From positions 395 through 24,394 of the forward strand of contig JAUNSA010000015.1 in NCBI GenBank assembly GCA_030539405.1: a stretch of DNA of 24,000 nt. Direction: 5' to 3'. The translations under genes and the position numbers were made by a program. The stretch is from Propionibacteriaceae bacterium (GTDB lineage Bacteria > Actinomycetota > Actinomycetes > Propionibacteriales > Propionibacteriaceae). The notes beneath the pieces were generated by a model. The model worked only from the letters and a program-made list of their open reading frames with translations, was not told where the DNA came from and did no database searches. This document shows, one piece after another, positions 15,124-22,625 of the stretch. Positions within the stretch are counted from its first letter, which is position 1; each line of letters begins with the position of its first letter.

Positions 15124-16515
15124 CTAGCGGGCCGAGGCCGCCTGCTTGATCCGGTTGGTGAGCTCGGTGACCTGGTTGTAGATCGTCCGACGCTCCGCCA
15201 TGAGCTGGCGGATCTTCTTGTTGGCGTGCATCACCGTCGTGTGGTCGCGACCACCGAAGAGGCGTCCGATGGCCGGCAGCGAGAAGTCGGTGAGCTCGCG
15301 GCACAGGTACATGGCGATCTGGCGGGCGGTGACCAGCACGTGCGTGCGCGCGGGGCCGCACAGGTCGTCGACGGTGATGTTGAAGTAGTTCGCGGTCTGG
15401 CTCATGATCAGCGGCGGCGTGATCTGGGCCTCCACCCCTTCGGGGATGAGGTCCTTGAGCACCTCCTCGGCCAGGCGCATGTCGACGGGCTGGTGGTTGA
15501 GCGAGGCGAACGCCGTCACCCGGATCAACGCCCCCTCCAGCTCGCGGATGTTCGTGGCGATCTTGCCGGCGATGAACTCCAGCACCTCGGGGGTGGCGCT
15601 CAACTGCTCGGCGGTGGCCTTCTTCCGCAGGATCGCGATGCGCGTCTCCAGGTCGGGCGGCTGGATGTCGGTGAGCAGGCCCCACTCGAACCGGCTCCGC
15701 AGGCGGGGCTCCAGGGCCTCGAGCGCCTTGGGCGGGCGGTCCGAGGTCATCACGATCTGCTTCTGCGCGTTGTGCAGCGTGTTGAACGTGTGGAAGAACT
15801 CCTCCTGGGTCTGGATCTTGCTCTCCAGGAACTGGATGTCGTCGATCAACAGCACGTCGATGTCGCGGTAGGTCTTGCGGAACTCGACCGTCCGGTTCTC
15901 CGAGATCGCGTTGATGAAGTCGTTGGTGAGCTCCTCGGTCGAGACGTACTTCACCCGCACCTGCGGCAGGTACTGGCGCACATAGTGACCGATGCCGTGC
16001 AGCAGGTGCGTCTTGCCCAGCCCCGAGGGGCCGTAGATCATCAGCGGGTTGTACGCCTTGCCGGGGGCCTCGGCGACCGCGACGGCCGCGGCGTGGGCGA
16101 ACCGGTTGGACGAGCCGATGACGAAGTTCTCGAAGATGTACTTGGGGTTCAGCCGATCGCCCGCGGTCGCCGGCGTCGAGCTGGACGCCGTGGCGTTCAG
16201 CGTGGGTGCGCTCAGCGGGAGTTCGGGCGACGCGGTGGCCTGGGCGTCCTCCAGGTCGGTCTCCAGCGAGGGGTCGACCGAGACGGCCAGATGAATCGGA
16301 CGCCCGAAGTGGCCGGCCAGCGTCGATTCGATCCAGTCGCGGTGGCGCACGGCGACGCGTTCGCGGGAGAAGTCGTTCGGCACGGCGATGACGAGGGTCG
16401 ACTCGTGCAGGGCCAGGGGCTTGGCCGCCTTGACCCACGGCTTGATGGGGGTGCTGGCGAGCTCACACACCTGGTCCCATGCTCCGGTGAGGGCACCGAC
16501 GCCGTCCTGGGTCAT
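15124..16515 (-). CDS. dnaA: chromosomal replication initiator protein DnaA
   Basis: Contains the AAA+ motif GPSGLGKTHLLH, LLIDDIQFL, and the C-terminal DNA-binding domain (RQIAMYLCRELTDFSLPAIGRLFGGRDHTTVMHA). Start is ATG 16515, preceded by GGAGGAG 7 nt upstream. The longer track ORF would translate through the DnaA boxes. Confidence 0.94.
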   Translation of the reverse strand: MTQDGVGALTGAWDQVCELASTPIKPWVKAAKPLALHESTLVIAVPNDFSRERVAVRHRDWIESTLAGHFGRPIHLAVSVDPSLETDLEDAQATASPELPLSAPTLNATASSSTPATAGDRLNPKYIFENFVIGSSNRFAHAAAVAVAEAPGKAYNPLMIYGPSGLGKTHLLHGIGHYVRQYLPQVRVKYVSTEELTNDFINAISENRTVEFRKTYRDIDVLLIDDIQFLESKIQTQEEFFHTFNTLHNAQKQIVMTSDRPPKALEALEPRLRSRFEWGLLTDIQPPDLETRIAILRKKATAEQLSATPEVLEFIAGKIATNIRELEGALIRVTAFASLNHQPVDMRLAEEVLKDLIPEGVEAQITPPLIMSQTANYFNITVDDLCGPARTHVLVTARQIAMYLCRELTDFSLPAIGRLFGGRDHTTVMHANKKIRQLMAERRTIYNQVTELTNRIKQAASAR

Positions 16516-16541
16516 GGATTCACTCCTCCGATGATGCTGAG

Positions 16542-16574
16542 CCGTCCACACTACTGTCCACAATCTGTGGAAAA
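16542..16574. promoter_or_regulatory. three DnaA boxes upstream of dnaA (autoregulatory region)
   Basis: CCGTCCACA at 16542-16550, CTGTCCACA at 16554-16562, and TGTGGAAAA (reverse complement TTTTCCACA) at 16566-16574. These lie 27-60 nt upstream of the dnaA ATG. Weaker boxes occur at 16751-16760 and 16782-16790. Confidence 0.7.
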
Positions 16575-16838
16575 CCAGTGCCCGACCGCCGACCGAGTGG
16601 GGTCGCTTCGGTGTCGTGGGACGCTACGGTAGTCGCTAGCGGAGAAGCCCCGCAAATACCCCGTCCGTGATCTCGCGCCTCGTCGGCGTGTCGGGTCGAC
16701 AAGACGGACGCCGAGGGACCAGTTTGCCCGGACGCCCCTGGACCGCGTATCGTTGGACAGTCGCCTTCTCGGGCGACGCCTGTGTCCACGTGGGCGCAGT
16801 CGATCCGCACCCGTGGTCAAAAATGTAGGGAGATTGGC

Positions 16839-16976
16839 GTGAGCAAGCGCACTTTCCAGCCGAGCAACCGGCGTCGCAGCCGCACCCATGGTTTCCGCCT
16901 TCGCATGCGCACCCGCGCCGGGCGCGCCATCTTGGCTGACCGCCGCCGCAAGGGCCGCGTCCGCCTCGCCGGCTGA
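16839..16976 (+). CDS. rpmH: 50S ribosomal protein L34
   Basis: [45 protein letters not shown] (45 aa) is unmistakably L34. Start is GTG 16839, with AGGGAG 6 nt upstream. The track ORF starts too early. Confidence 0.95.
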   Translation: MSKRTFQPSNRRRSRTHGFRLRMRTRAGRAILADRRRKGRVRLAG

Positions 16977-16990
16977 CCTGGCTGCGCGCG

Positions 16991-17332
16991 GTGTTGCCCG
17001 CCCCGCAGCGACTTCGCGCCTCGGACGAGTTCCGCTCCGTGGCGCGCAGTGGCGTCCGGGTGGGCCGGTCAACCCTCGTGGTGCACGCTCGCACCAAGCA
17101 GAGCCCGCCGTCCCGGGCGGGCTTTGTCGTGTCCAAGGCCGTGGGTGACGCCGTGACCCGCAACCGCGTGAAGCGGCGCCTGCGCCACCTGGTGGCCGAC
17201 GCCCTCCCCAGCACCCCGGTCCCCCTGGATGTCGTGGTGCGCGCACTGCCACCCGCGGCGTCCGGCCCGCTCGCCGATGACTTCGCATCGGCCTGGTCCG
17301 CTGTCGTCGCCAAGGTCGGGCGAGCGGCATGA
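16991..17332 (+). CDS. rnpA: ribonuclease P protein component
   Basis: 113 aa. Contains LRASDEFRSV..GFVVSKAVGDAVTRNRVKRRLRH (the RNR motif) and follows rpmH, the conserved position. Confidence 0.9.
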   Translation: MLPAPQRLRASDEFRSVARSGVRVGRSTLVVHARTKQSPPSRAGFVVSKAVGDAVTRNRVKRRLRHLVADALPSTPVPLDVVVRALPPAASGPLADDFASAWSAVVAKVGRAA

Positions 17333-17568
17333 GGTGGGTCCTCGTCGGCCTGCTCAAGGCCTACCGCGCGGTCATCAGCCCGCTGTACGGCGACGTCTGC
17401 AAGTTTCACCCCACGTGTTCTGCCTACGCCCTGGACGCGGTGCGCGCCCACGGCACGGTGCGGGGCACGTGGCTCACCCTGAGGCGCCTCGTGCGCTGCC
17501 ACCCGTGGTCACTCGGCGGTTACGACCCCGTCCCGGCCACTGACGCACAGAAGGTGCATCGTGCTTGA
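17329..17568 (+). CDS. yidD: membrane protein insertion efficiency factor YidD
   Basis: LLKAYRAVISPLYGDVCKFHPTCSAYALDAVRAHG..RCHPWSLGGYDPVP is the YidD signature. ATGA overlap with rnpA. Confidence 0.9.
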   Translation: MRWVLVGLLKAYRAVISPLYGDVCKFHPTCSAYALDAVRAHGTVRGTWLTLRRLVRCHPWSLGGYDPVPATDAQKVHRA

Positions 17569-18652
17569 ATTCCTGGACACGCTCATGCAGCCCATCTACT
17601 GGGTCATGTCGGGCATCCTCGTCGGCGCCCACCAGTTGTGGAGCTTCATCCTGGACCCGAACTCCGGGTGGACGTGGGTCCTGGCGATCGTCTCGCTGAC
17701 CGTGGTGGTCCGGACGCTGATGATCCCGCTGTTCGTGCGGCAGATCAACAGCTCGCGCGCCATGCAGCTGATGGCCCCCAAGCAGCGGGCCCTCCAGCAG
17801 AAGTACGGCTCTGACAAGGAGCGTTACGGCCAAGAGGTCATGAAGCTGTACAAGGAGGAGGGCGTCAACCCGGCCGCCTCCTGCCTGCCGCTGTTGCTGC
17901 AGATGCCCGTCTTTCTGGGCCTGTTCTATGTGCTGAACGGTGCTGCCACCGGCAACCCGAAGGGTCACTGGTTCGTCACGCGTCCGGACCTGGTGGATTC
18001 CCTGCGCGAGTCCACGATCTTCGGCGCCAAGATCTCGGCGACGTTGAGCCAGAACGGCTTCGTCGTCGGCCCGACGATGTTCGTCGCGGTCTTCCTCATC
18101 ATCACCATGACCGCGTCGCTGTTCTTCATGCAGCTCATGCTGATGCGCAAGAACATGCCGCCGGAGGCGCTGGAGGGCCCGTTCGCCCAGCAGCAGAAGA
18201 TGATGCTGTACCTCTTCCCGGCCATTTACCTGTTCACCGGCGTGGCCTTCCCCATCGGCGTGATGATCTACTGGCTGGCCTCCAACCTGTGGACGATCGG
18301 CCAGCAGTTCATCCTGATCCGCAACAACCCGACCCCGAACACCCCGGCGTTCATCGACTGGGAGGAGCGCATGCGCGCCAAGGGTCGGGACCCCGAGGAG
18401 ATCCTGCGCAAGCGCAACGCGAAGCTGCAGCGCAAGCGTTCCGGCGGCACCGCCACGGCTGACCCGACGAAGGTCGCCCGCCAGGGCACCGCCAGCACCA
18501 CGACGTCCGCGTCCACGACGCCGGACGCCGGCGACACCACCGAGAGCACGGCATCCACCCAGCGCGTGAAGCGGCAGCAGCCCAGCCGCCAGACCCGCGC
18601 TCGACGCAAGCAATCCCGCCCGCACCAGTCGGGCGGCGGCAACAAGGAGTGA
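17561..18652 (+). CDS. yidC: membrane protein insertase YidC
   Basis: 363 aa. Contains the 60-kDa insertase core (IPLFVRQINSSRAMQLMAPKQRALQQKYG.., PIGVMIYWLASNLWTIGQQ) and a basic, Thr-rich C-terminal tail. Confidence 0.92.
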   Translation: MLEFLDTLMQPIYWVMSGILVGAHQLWSFILDPNSGWTWVLAIVSLTVVVRTLMIPLFVRQINSSRAMQLMAPKQRALQQKYGSDKERYGQEVMKLYKEEGVNPAASCLPLLLQMPVFLGLFYVLNGAATGNPKGHWFVTRPDLVDSLRESTIFGAKISATLSQNGFVVGPTMFVAVFLIITMTASLFFMQLMLMRKNMPPEALEGPFAQQQKMMLYLFPAIYLFTGVAFPIGVMIYWLASNLWTIGQQFILIRNNPTPNTPAFIDWEERMRAKGRDPEEILRKRNAKLQRKRSGGTATADPTKVARQGTASTTTSASTTPDAGDTTESTASTQRVKRQQPSRQTRARRKQSRPHQSGGGNKE

Positions 18653-18657
18653 CACAG

Positions 18658-19284
18658 ATGAGCCAGGACGAGCAGGTCATCACCGAGGTCGAGGCGGACG
18701 CCCCGGTCGCGGAGCAGGCAGACACGGACGCCGCGGACGCCGCGGAGACCGAAGCCCCAGAGGCGGACGCCGACGGCGGCGGGCAGACGGACGCCCCGGC
18801 TGACGACGCACCGCGCGTCAGCAAGCGCGAGGAGGCCCTGAACAACGAGGGCGAGATCGCCGCGGACTACCTCGAGGAACTCCTCGACATCGCCGACCTC
18901 GATGGCGACATCGACACCTTCAACGAGGGTGGCCGTGCGCACGTGTCGATCCTCACCGACGCCGAGGTGCTGGTCGGCAAGGATGGCCAGGTCCTGGACG
19001 CCCTCCAGGAGCTCGCCCGCCTGGCGGTCATGACCGAGACCGGGCATCGCAGCCGCCTCATGCTCGACGTGGCCGGCTTCCGGGACAAGCAGCGCGCCTC
19101 GCTGCAGGACCTCGCCGCCGACGCCATCGCCGAGGTCAAGGAGTCCGGGGAGTCGGTGCGCCTCTCCCCCATGAACCCCTACCAGCGCAAGATCGTGCAC
19201 GACGCCGTCGCCGCTGCCGGGCTCGTCAGCGAGTCCGAGGGCGAGGAGCCGCGCCGACGCGTCGTGGTCCTGCCCCAGGGCTGA
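18658..19284 (+). CDS. jag: Jag/KhpB-type KH + R3H RNA-binding protein
   Basis: Acidic N-terminus followed by the C-terminal R3H region LSPMNPYQRKIVHDAVAAAGLVSESEGEEPRRRVVV. ATG 18658 lies 8 nt after AAGGAG. The track start, GTG 18649, is the alternative. Confidence 0.88.
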   Translation: MSQDEQVITEVEADAPVAEQADTDAADAAETEAPEADADGGGQTDAPADDAPRVSKREEALNNEGEIAADYLEELLDIADLDGDIDTFNEGGRAHVSILTDAEVLVGKDGQVLDALQELARLAVMTETGHRSRLMLDVAGFRDKQRASLQDLAADAIAEVKESGESVRLSPMNPYQRKIVHDAVAAAGLVSESEGEEPRRRVVVLPQG

Positions 19285-19286
19285 CC

Positions 19287-19943
19287 ATGGACGCCCCCGC
19301 TGCGGCCACCGCGGTCTTCGGGGACGAGCTGCCCCGCGCCGTGGCGTTCGCCGAGTTCCTGGCGACCCACGGCGTGGAGCGCGGCCTGTTGGGGCCGCGC
19401 GAGGTCGATCGGATCTGGGAGCGGCACGTCCTCAACAGCGTGGCCGTGGGGCATGCCATGCCCGAGGGCGCCACGGTGGTCGATGTCGGCAGTGGGGCCG
19501 GCCTGCCCGGCATGCCTGTGGCCCTGGCGCGCCCCGACCTGCAGATCACCTTGTTGGAGCCCCTGCTGCGACGCTCGCAGTTCCTGGAGGAAGCCGTCGA
19601 GGTCTTGGACCTAGGTGAGCGTGTCCGCGTGGTGCGCGGCCGGGCCGTTCCCCCCGGCGACAACGACCCCCTGGGGCACCACGAGCGCTACGACGTCGTC
19701 ACCAGCCGCGCCGTGGCCGCACTCCCCCGCCTGCTGGGCTGGTGTGTGCCGCTGATGAACGCTGACGGCCGGATCGTGGCGCTGAAGGGCGCGACGGCGA
19801 CGGACGAGATCAACCAGGCAACCCAGGACCTACGCCGTCACCGCCTCGACGCCGAAGCCCGCAGCGTGGTGACCCACGAGGGCGCCGAACCCACCTGGCT
19901 AGTCGTCTGCACCGGCTCCCACGCCCACCCCCGCACCGCGTAA
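19287..19943 (+). CDS. rsmG: 16S rRNA (guanine527-N7)-methyltransferase RsmG
   Basis: Contains RIWERHVLNS and the SAM-binding motif VVDVGSGAGLPGMPVALA. The gene order jag-rsmG-parA-parB is conserved. Confidence 0.92.
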   Translation: MDAPAAATAVFGDELPRAVAFAEFLATHGVERGLLGPREVDRIWERHVLNSVAVGHAMPEGATVVDVGSGAGLPGMPVALARPDLQITLLEPLLRRSQFLEEAVEVLDLGERVRVVRGRAVPPGDNDPLGHHERYDVVTSRAVAALPRLLGWCVPLMNADGRIVALKGATATDEINQATQDLRRHRLDAEARSVVTHEGAEPTWLVVCTGSHAHPRTA

Positions 19944-20044
19944 CCGCCGAGGACCGGCGCCTGCACCGCCGAGGACCGGCGGTGACGCTGCCGAAGACCG
20001 GCGGTGACGCCTGCCGAGGACCGGGAGAGGCAGCCGCAGGACGG
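19944..20044 (+). repeat. array of 4 (possibly 5) phased direct repeats, core CCGAGGACCGGCG
   Basis: Cores sit at 19947-19959, 19969-19981, 19991-20003 (CCGAAGACCGGCG) and 20014-20026 (CCGAGGACCGGGA), with spacings of 22, 22 and 23 bp. A degenerate copy occurs at about 20034. The array starts immediately after the rsmG stop. Confidence 0.85.
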
Positions 20045-20196
20045 ATATCTCCCTGTGCCTTAACAAATAAACACACAAGAAGATAAGTCGATATAAAGCT
20101 ATACAGAGAACATTGGCCCTACAAGCGTGGTTGGCGGCGTCCGCATGTAGGAGCGGGTAGATTGTCCCGGTCCGTACGTTTCTGCAGGAGGTTCAT

Positions 20197-21114
20197 GTGG
20201 TGGCAACTTCCCCAGCCACGCCACGCCGAGCGGCAACCTTGGAGCCGGAGATCGCCGAGGGCGTGCCTGAAGCGCCTGACGACCTGGCGCCGGGTGTTTC
20301 ACGTGAAACACCGACGCTCCCCCAGCCTGGATCGCCCCGCATTATGGTGGTGGCCAACCAGAAGGGCGGTGTGGGAAAGACCACGACCGCTGTGAACGTG
20401 GCGGCGGGGCTCGCCGCCGGAGGGTTGAAGGTGATGGTGATCGACATTGATCCCCAGGGGAACGCCTCGACCGCCCTCAGCGTGGAGCACGGAGAAGGGA
20501 CGCCGGGGACCTACGAGGTTCTGGTGGATCAAGAACCCATCATTGACTCTCTGCAACGCTGCCCAGACCTGCCCGGGCTCTGGGTGCTGCCCGCCACGAT
20601 TGACTTGGCCGGTGCAGAGATCGGGCTGGTTGCCACCGTTTCACGTGAAACACGCCTCAAGCAGGCGCTGGACGCCTTCTTCGACCACTACTACGTCGAC
20701 TACGTCATCATCGACTGCCCGCCATCCTTGGGGCTGCTCACCCTCAACGCACTCGTGGCCGCTCACGAGATCATGATCCCGATCCAGTGCGAGTACTACG
20801 CCTTGGAGGGGGTAACCCAGCTCCTGAAGACAATCAACTTGGTCAAGGGACGCCTCAACGACAGCCTCGTCCTGTCCACCGTGCTGTTGACCATGTACGA
20901 CGGTCGGACGAACCTGGCCTCACAGGTGGCGGACGAAGTCCGGCGCCACTTCGAGCGCGAAACGCTCACCGCGGTGATCCCCCGCTCGGTGCGCGTCGCG
21001 GAGGCACCGTCCTACGGACAGACGGTCATCACCTACCAACTCAACTCGGTGGGCGCACAGGCCTACCTGGCGGCCGCCAGCGAGATCGCGGAACGCGGCG
21101 CAACCGGCTTCTGA
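20197..21114 (+). CDS. parA: chromosome partitioning ATPase ParA/Soj
   Basis: Deviant Walker A NQKGGVGKTTTAVNVAAGLA, plus IIDCPPSLGLLTLNAL. GTG start lies 5 nt after AGGAGG. Has an N-terminal extension of ~45 aa. Confidence 0.92.
   Translation: MVATSPATPRRAATLEPEIAEGVPEAPDDLAPGVSRETPTLPQPGSPRIMVVANQKGGVGKTTTAVNVAAGLAAGGLKVMVIDIDPQGNASTALSVEHGEGTPGTYEVLVDQEPIIDSLQRCPDLPGLWVLPATIDLAGAEIGLVATVSRETRLKQALDAFFDHYYVDYVIIDCPPSLGLLTLNALVAAHEIMIPIQCEYYALEGVTQLLKTINLVKGRLNDSLVLSTVLLTMYDGRTNLASQVADEVRRHFERETLTAVIPRSVRVAEAPSYGQTVITYQLNSVGAQAYLAAASEIAERGATGF
20295..20310. other. parS centromere site (perfect 16-mer palindrome)
   Basis: TGTTTCACGTGAAACA matches the universal chromosomal parS consensus at 16/16. 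It lies inside the parA N-terminal extension and encodes VSRET. Confidence 0.9.
20637..20652. other. parS centromere site (15/16)
   Basis: CGTTTCACGTGAAACA, inside the parA ATPase core, encodes VSRET within the conserved ..SRExRLK.. segment. Confidence 0.85.
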
Positions 21115-21133
21115 CTAGGAGGAACGTACTCTC

Positions 21134-22075
21134 ATGGCAACACCACGTCAGCGCAGCGGACTCGGCCGTGGTCTGGGTGACTTGATTCGACCCACCTCAG
21201 CGGAACCCGCACCAGAGTCGAACCAGCCACGTCAGCAGGAAGAGCCCGAATCCGGCAGCCTCGTACCCGCACCGGCGGGCGCGGCCTTCGTTGAGCTGCC
21301 CGTTGACGAGATCGCGGCCAACCCCCGACAGCCGCGCCACGTCTTCGATGAGGACGACTTAAGTGAGCTGGTCGAGTCGATCAGGGAGGTCGGACTCCTG
21401 CAGCCGGTGGTCGTTCGGCGCGTCGAGGATGGTTATGAGCTGGTCATGGGCGAGCGACGTCTCCGTGCCACACGGAAGGCGGGACTCACGCACATCCCGG
21501 CCATCGTTCGCGAGACCGCCGACCACGACCTTCTGCGTGATGCACTACTGGAGAACCTCCATCGGGTGCAGCTCAACCCCTTGGAAGAGGCTGCTGCTTA
21601 CCAGCAGATGCTCGATGACTTCGGGTGTACGCAGGAGGAACTCGCCACGCGGATCAAGCGGTCACGCCCCCAGATCTCGAACACGATCCGCCTGCTGCGT
21701 CTGCCAGCCCCCGTGCAGCGTCGCGTGGCAGCCGGCGTCCTGTCGGCTGGGCACGCCCGGGCCCTCCTGATGGTGCAGGACCCCGTTGAGCAGGAGCGCT
21801 TGGCCCAGCGGATCGTGGCCGAAGGATTGAGCGTTCGGTCGGTCGAGGAGCTCGTCGCAGTGGGGGAGCGAGCTCCTCGCACGCGTCGCACGATCGCTCG
21901 GACGCCCTCGCCCAGGGCTGCGCACCTGGCCGAGGTCTTCTCCGACAGCTTGGACACCAGGGTGAACGTCCAGATCGGCAAGTCCAAGGGCAAGATCACC
22001 ATCGAGTTCGCCGGTGAGGACGACTTGGACCGCATCCTGACGGTGCTGCGGGACGGAGTCTCGACTCAGGGATAA
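21134..22075 (+). CDS. parB: chromosome partitioning protein ParB/Spo0J
   Basis: Contains N-terminal [10 protein letters not shown], the ParB box [25 protein letters not shown], and HTH region [34 protein letters not shown]. Confidence 0.93.
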   Translation: MATPRQRSGLGRGLGDLIRPTSAEPAPESNQPRQQEEPESGSLVPAPAGAAFVELPVDEIAANPRQPRHVFDEDDLSELVESIREVGLLQPVVVRRVEDGYELVMGERRLRATRKAGLTHIPAIVRETADHDLLRDALLENLHRVQLNPLEEAAAYQQMLDDFGCTQEELATRIKRSRPQISNTIRLLRLPAPVQRRVAAGVLSAGHARALLMVQDPVEQERLAQRIVAEGLSVRSVEELVAVGERAPRTRRTIARTPSPRAAHLAEVFSDSLDTRVNVQIGKSKGKITIEFAGEDDLDRILTVLRDGVSTQG

Positions 22076-22100
22076 GTAGACAAAACTGCTTTTGGCCATG

Positions 22101-22205
22101 GAACCGGTCCTCGACGTTCAAAGCACCGGTCTTCGGCGTTTCTGCCGCCGGTCCTCGGCGACTTAGGCGCCGGTCGTCGGTGACCGTATCGCCGGTCCTC
22201 GATGG
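22101..22205 (-). repeat. array of 5 phased direct repeats, core CGCCGGTCCTCGG (reverse complement of the upstream array)
   Basis: CCGGTC(C/T/G)TCG cores start at 22104, 22126, 22148, 22170 and 22192, an exact 22-bp period. The spacers between them are not conserved. Confidence 0.88.
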
Positions 22206-22259
22206 GTGGACGATTAGTCGACAAACGGCTAAAGCCCTAAACGGCTAATCGGCTCCGCC

Positions 22260-22625
22260 TCAGGCGCGGACAGCATCCAACCGGGTCCGGACGTCCTTGG
22301 TGGCGTAGTGCTCGGCGACGAACGACAGGAACGGGATGGTGCCGGCCAGCGCGATCAGGATCAGGCGCATCCAGGGCCAGCGCACGCGGCGTCCGAGATC
22401 GTAGGCGGTGATCAACAGCACCATGTACAGCCAACCGTGCGGCACACCGGTGGCCACGACGACGGCATCGTTGTCGCCGAAGTACTTCAGGGGCATCCCG
22501 ACCACCACGAGAACGACCAGCAGGACGCCGACCAACCAGGCCATCACGCGGTAGCGCAGCAGGGCACCTCGGATGCCGGCAACCTCCTCGGCCTCGATGG
22601 GGCTGTCGTCGAGCGACATGCTCAT
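22260..22625 (-). CDS. DUF3817-type small integral membrane protein
   Basis: 121 aa with 3-4 TM segments. LRYRVMAWLVGVLL..VPHGWLYMVLLITAYDL resembles the DUF3817 family. ATGA overlap with the upstream gene. Confidence 0.75.
   Translation of the reverse strand: MSMSLDDSPIEAEEVAGIRGALLRYRVMAWLVGVLLVVLVVVGMPLKYFGDNDAVVVATGVPHGWLYMVLLITAYDLGRRVRWPWMRLILIALAGTIPFLSFVAEHYATKDVRTRLDAVRA

Noticed and set aside
15124-16563. Longer dnaA (start 16563), dnaN (start 14781) and SURF1-like (start 23602) ORFs
   Set aside because: The internal starts have strong SD sequences and give canonical N-termini. The dnaA extension would translate through three DnaA boxes, and the SURF1 extension overlaps ddl.
13150-16632. 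531-aa (13150..14745) and 618-aa (14776..16632) + strand ORFs, plus 14885..16438 on the minus strand
   Set aside because: These are shadows of recF, dnaN and dnaA. They also run through the non-coding oriC spacer, which is incompatible with the DnaA-box and AT-rich architecture.
17474-19200. 393-aa and 310-aa minus-strand ORFs opposite yidC and jag
   Set aside because: They lie antisense to well-supported conserved genes and have low-complexity products.
20099-20395. Small ORFs containing FHVKH (20099..20311 on the minus strand, 20162..20395 on the plus strand)
   Set aside because: FHVKH and VSRET peptides are translation artefacts of the palindromic parS sequence in alternative frames. They overlap the well-supported parA frame.
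19944-22205. Phased repeat arrays considered as a CRISPR array or as MITE/IS terminal inverted repeats
   Set aside because: Units of 22 bp with 10-13-bp cores and 9-12-bp spacers are far too short for CRISPR, and no cas genes are present. The bracketed DNA is the core parAB operon with no transposase, so a mobile-element reading is not supported.
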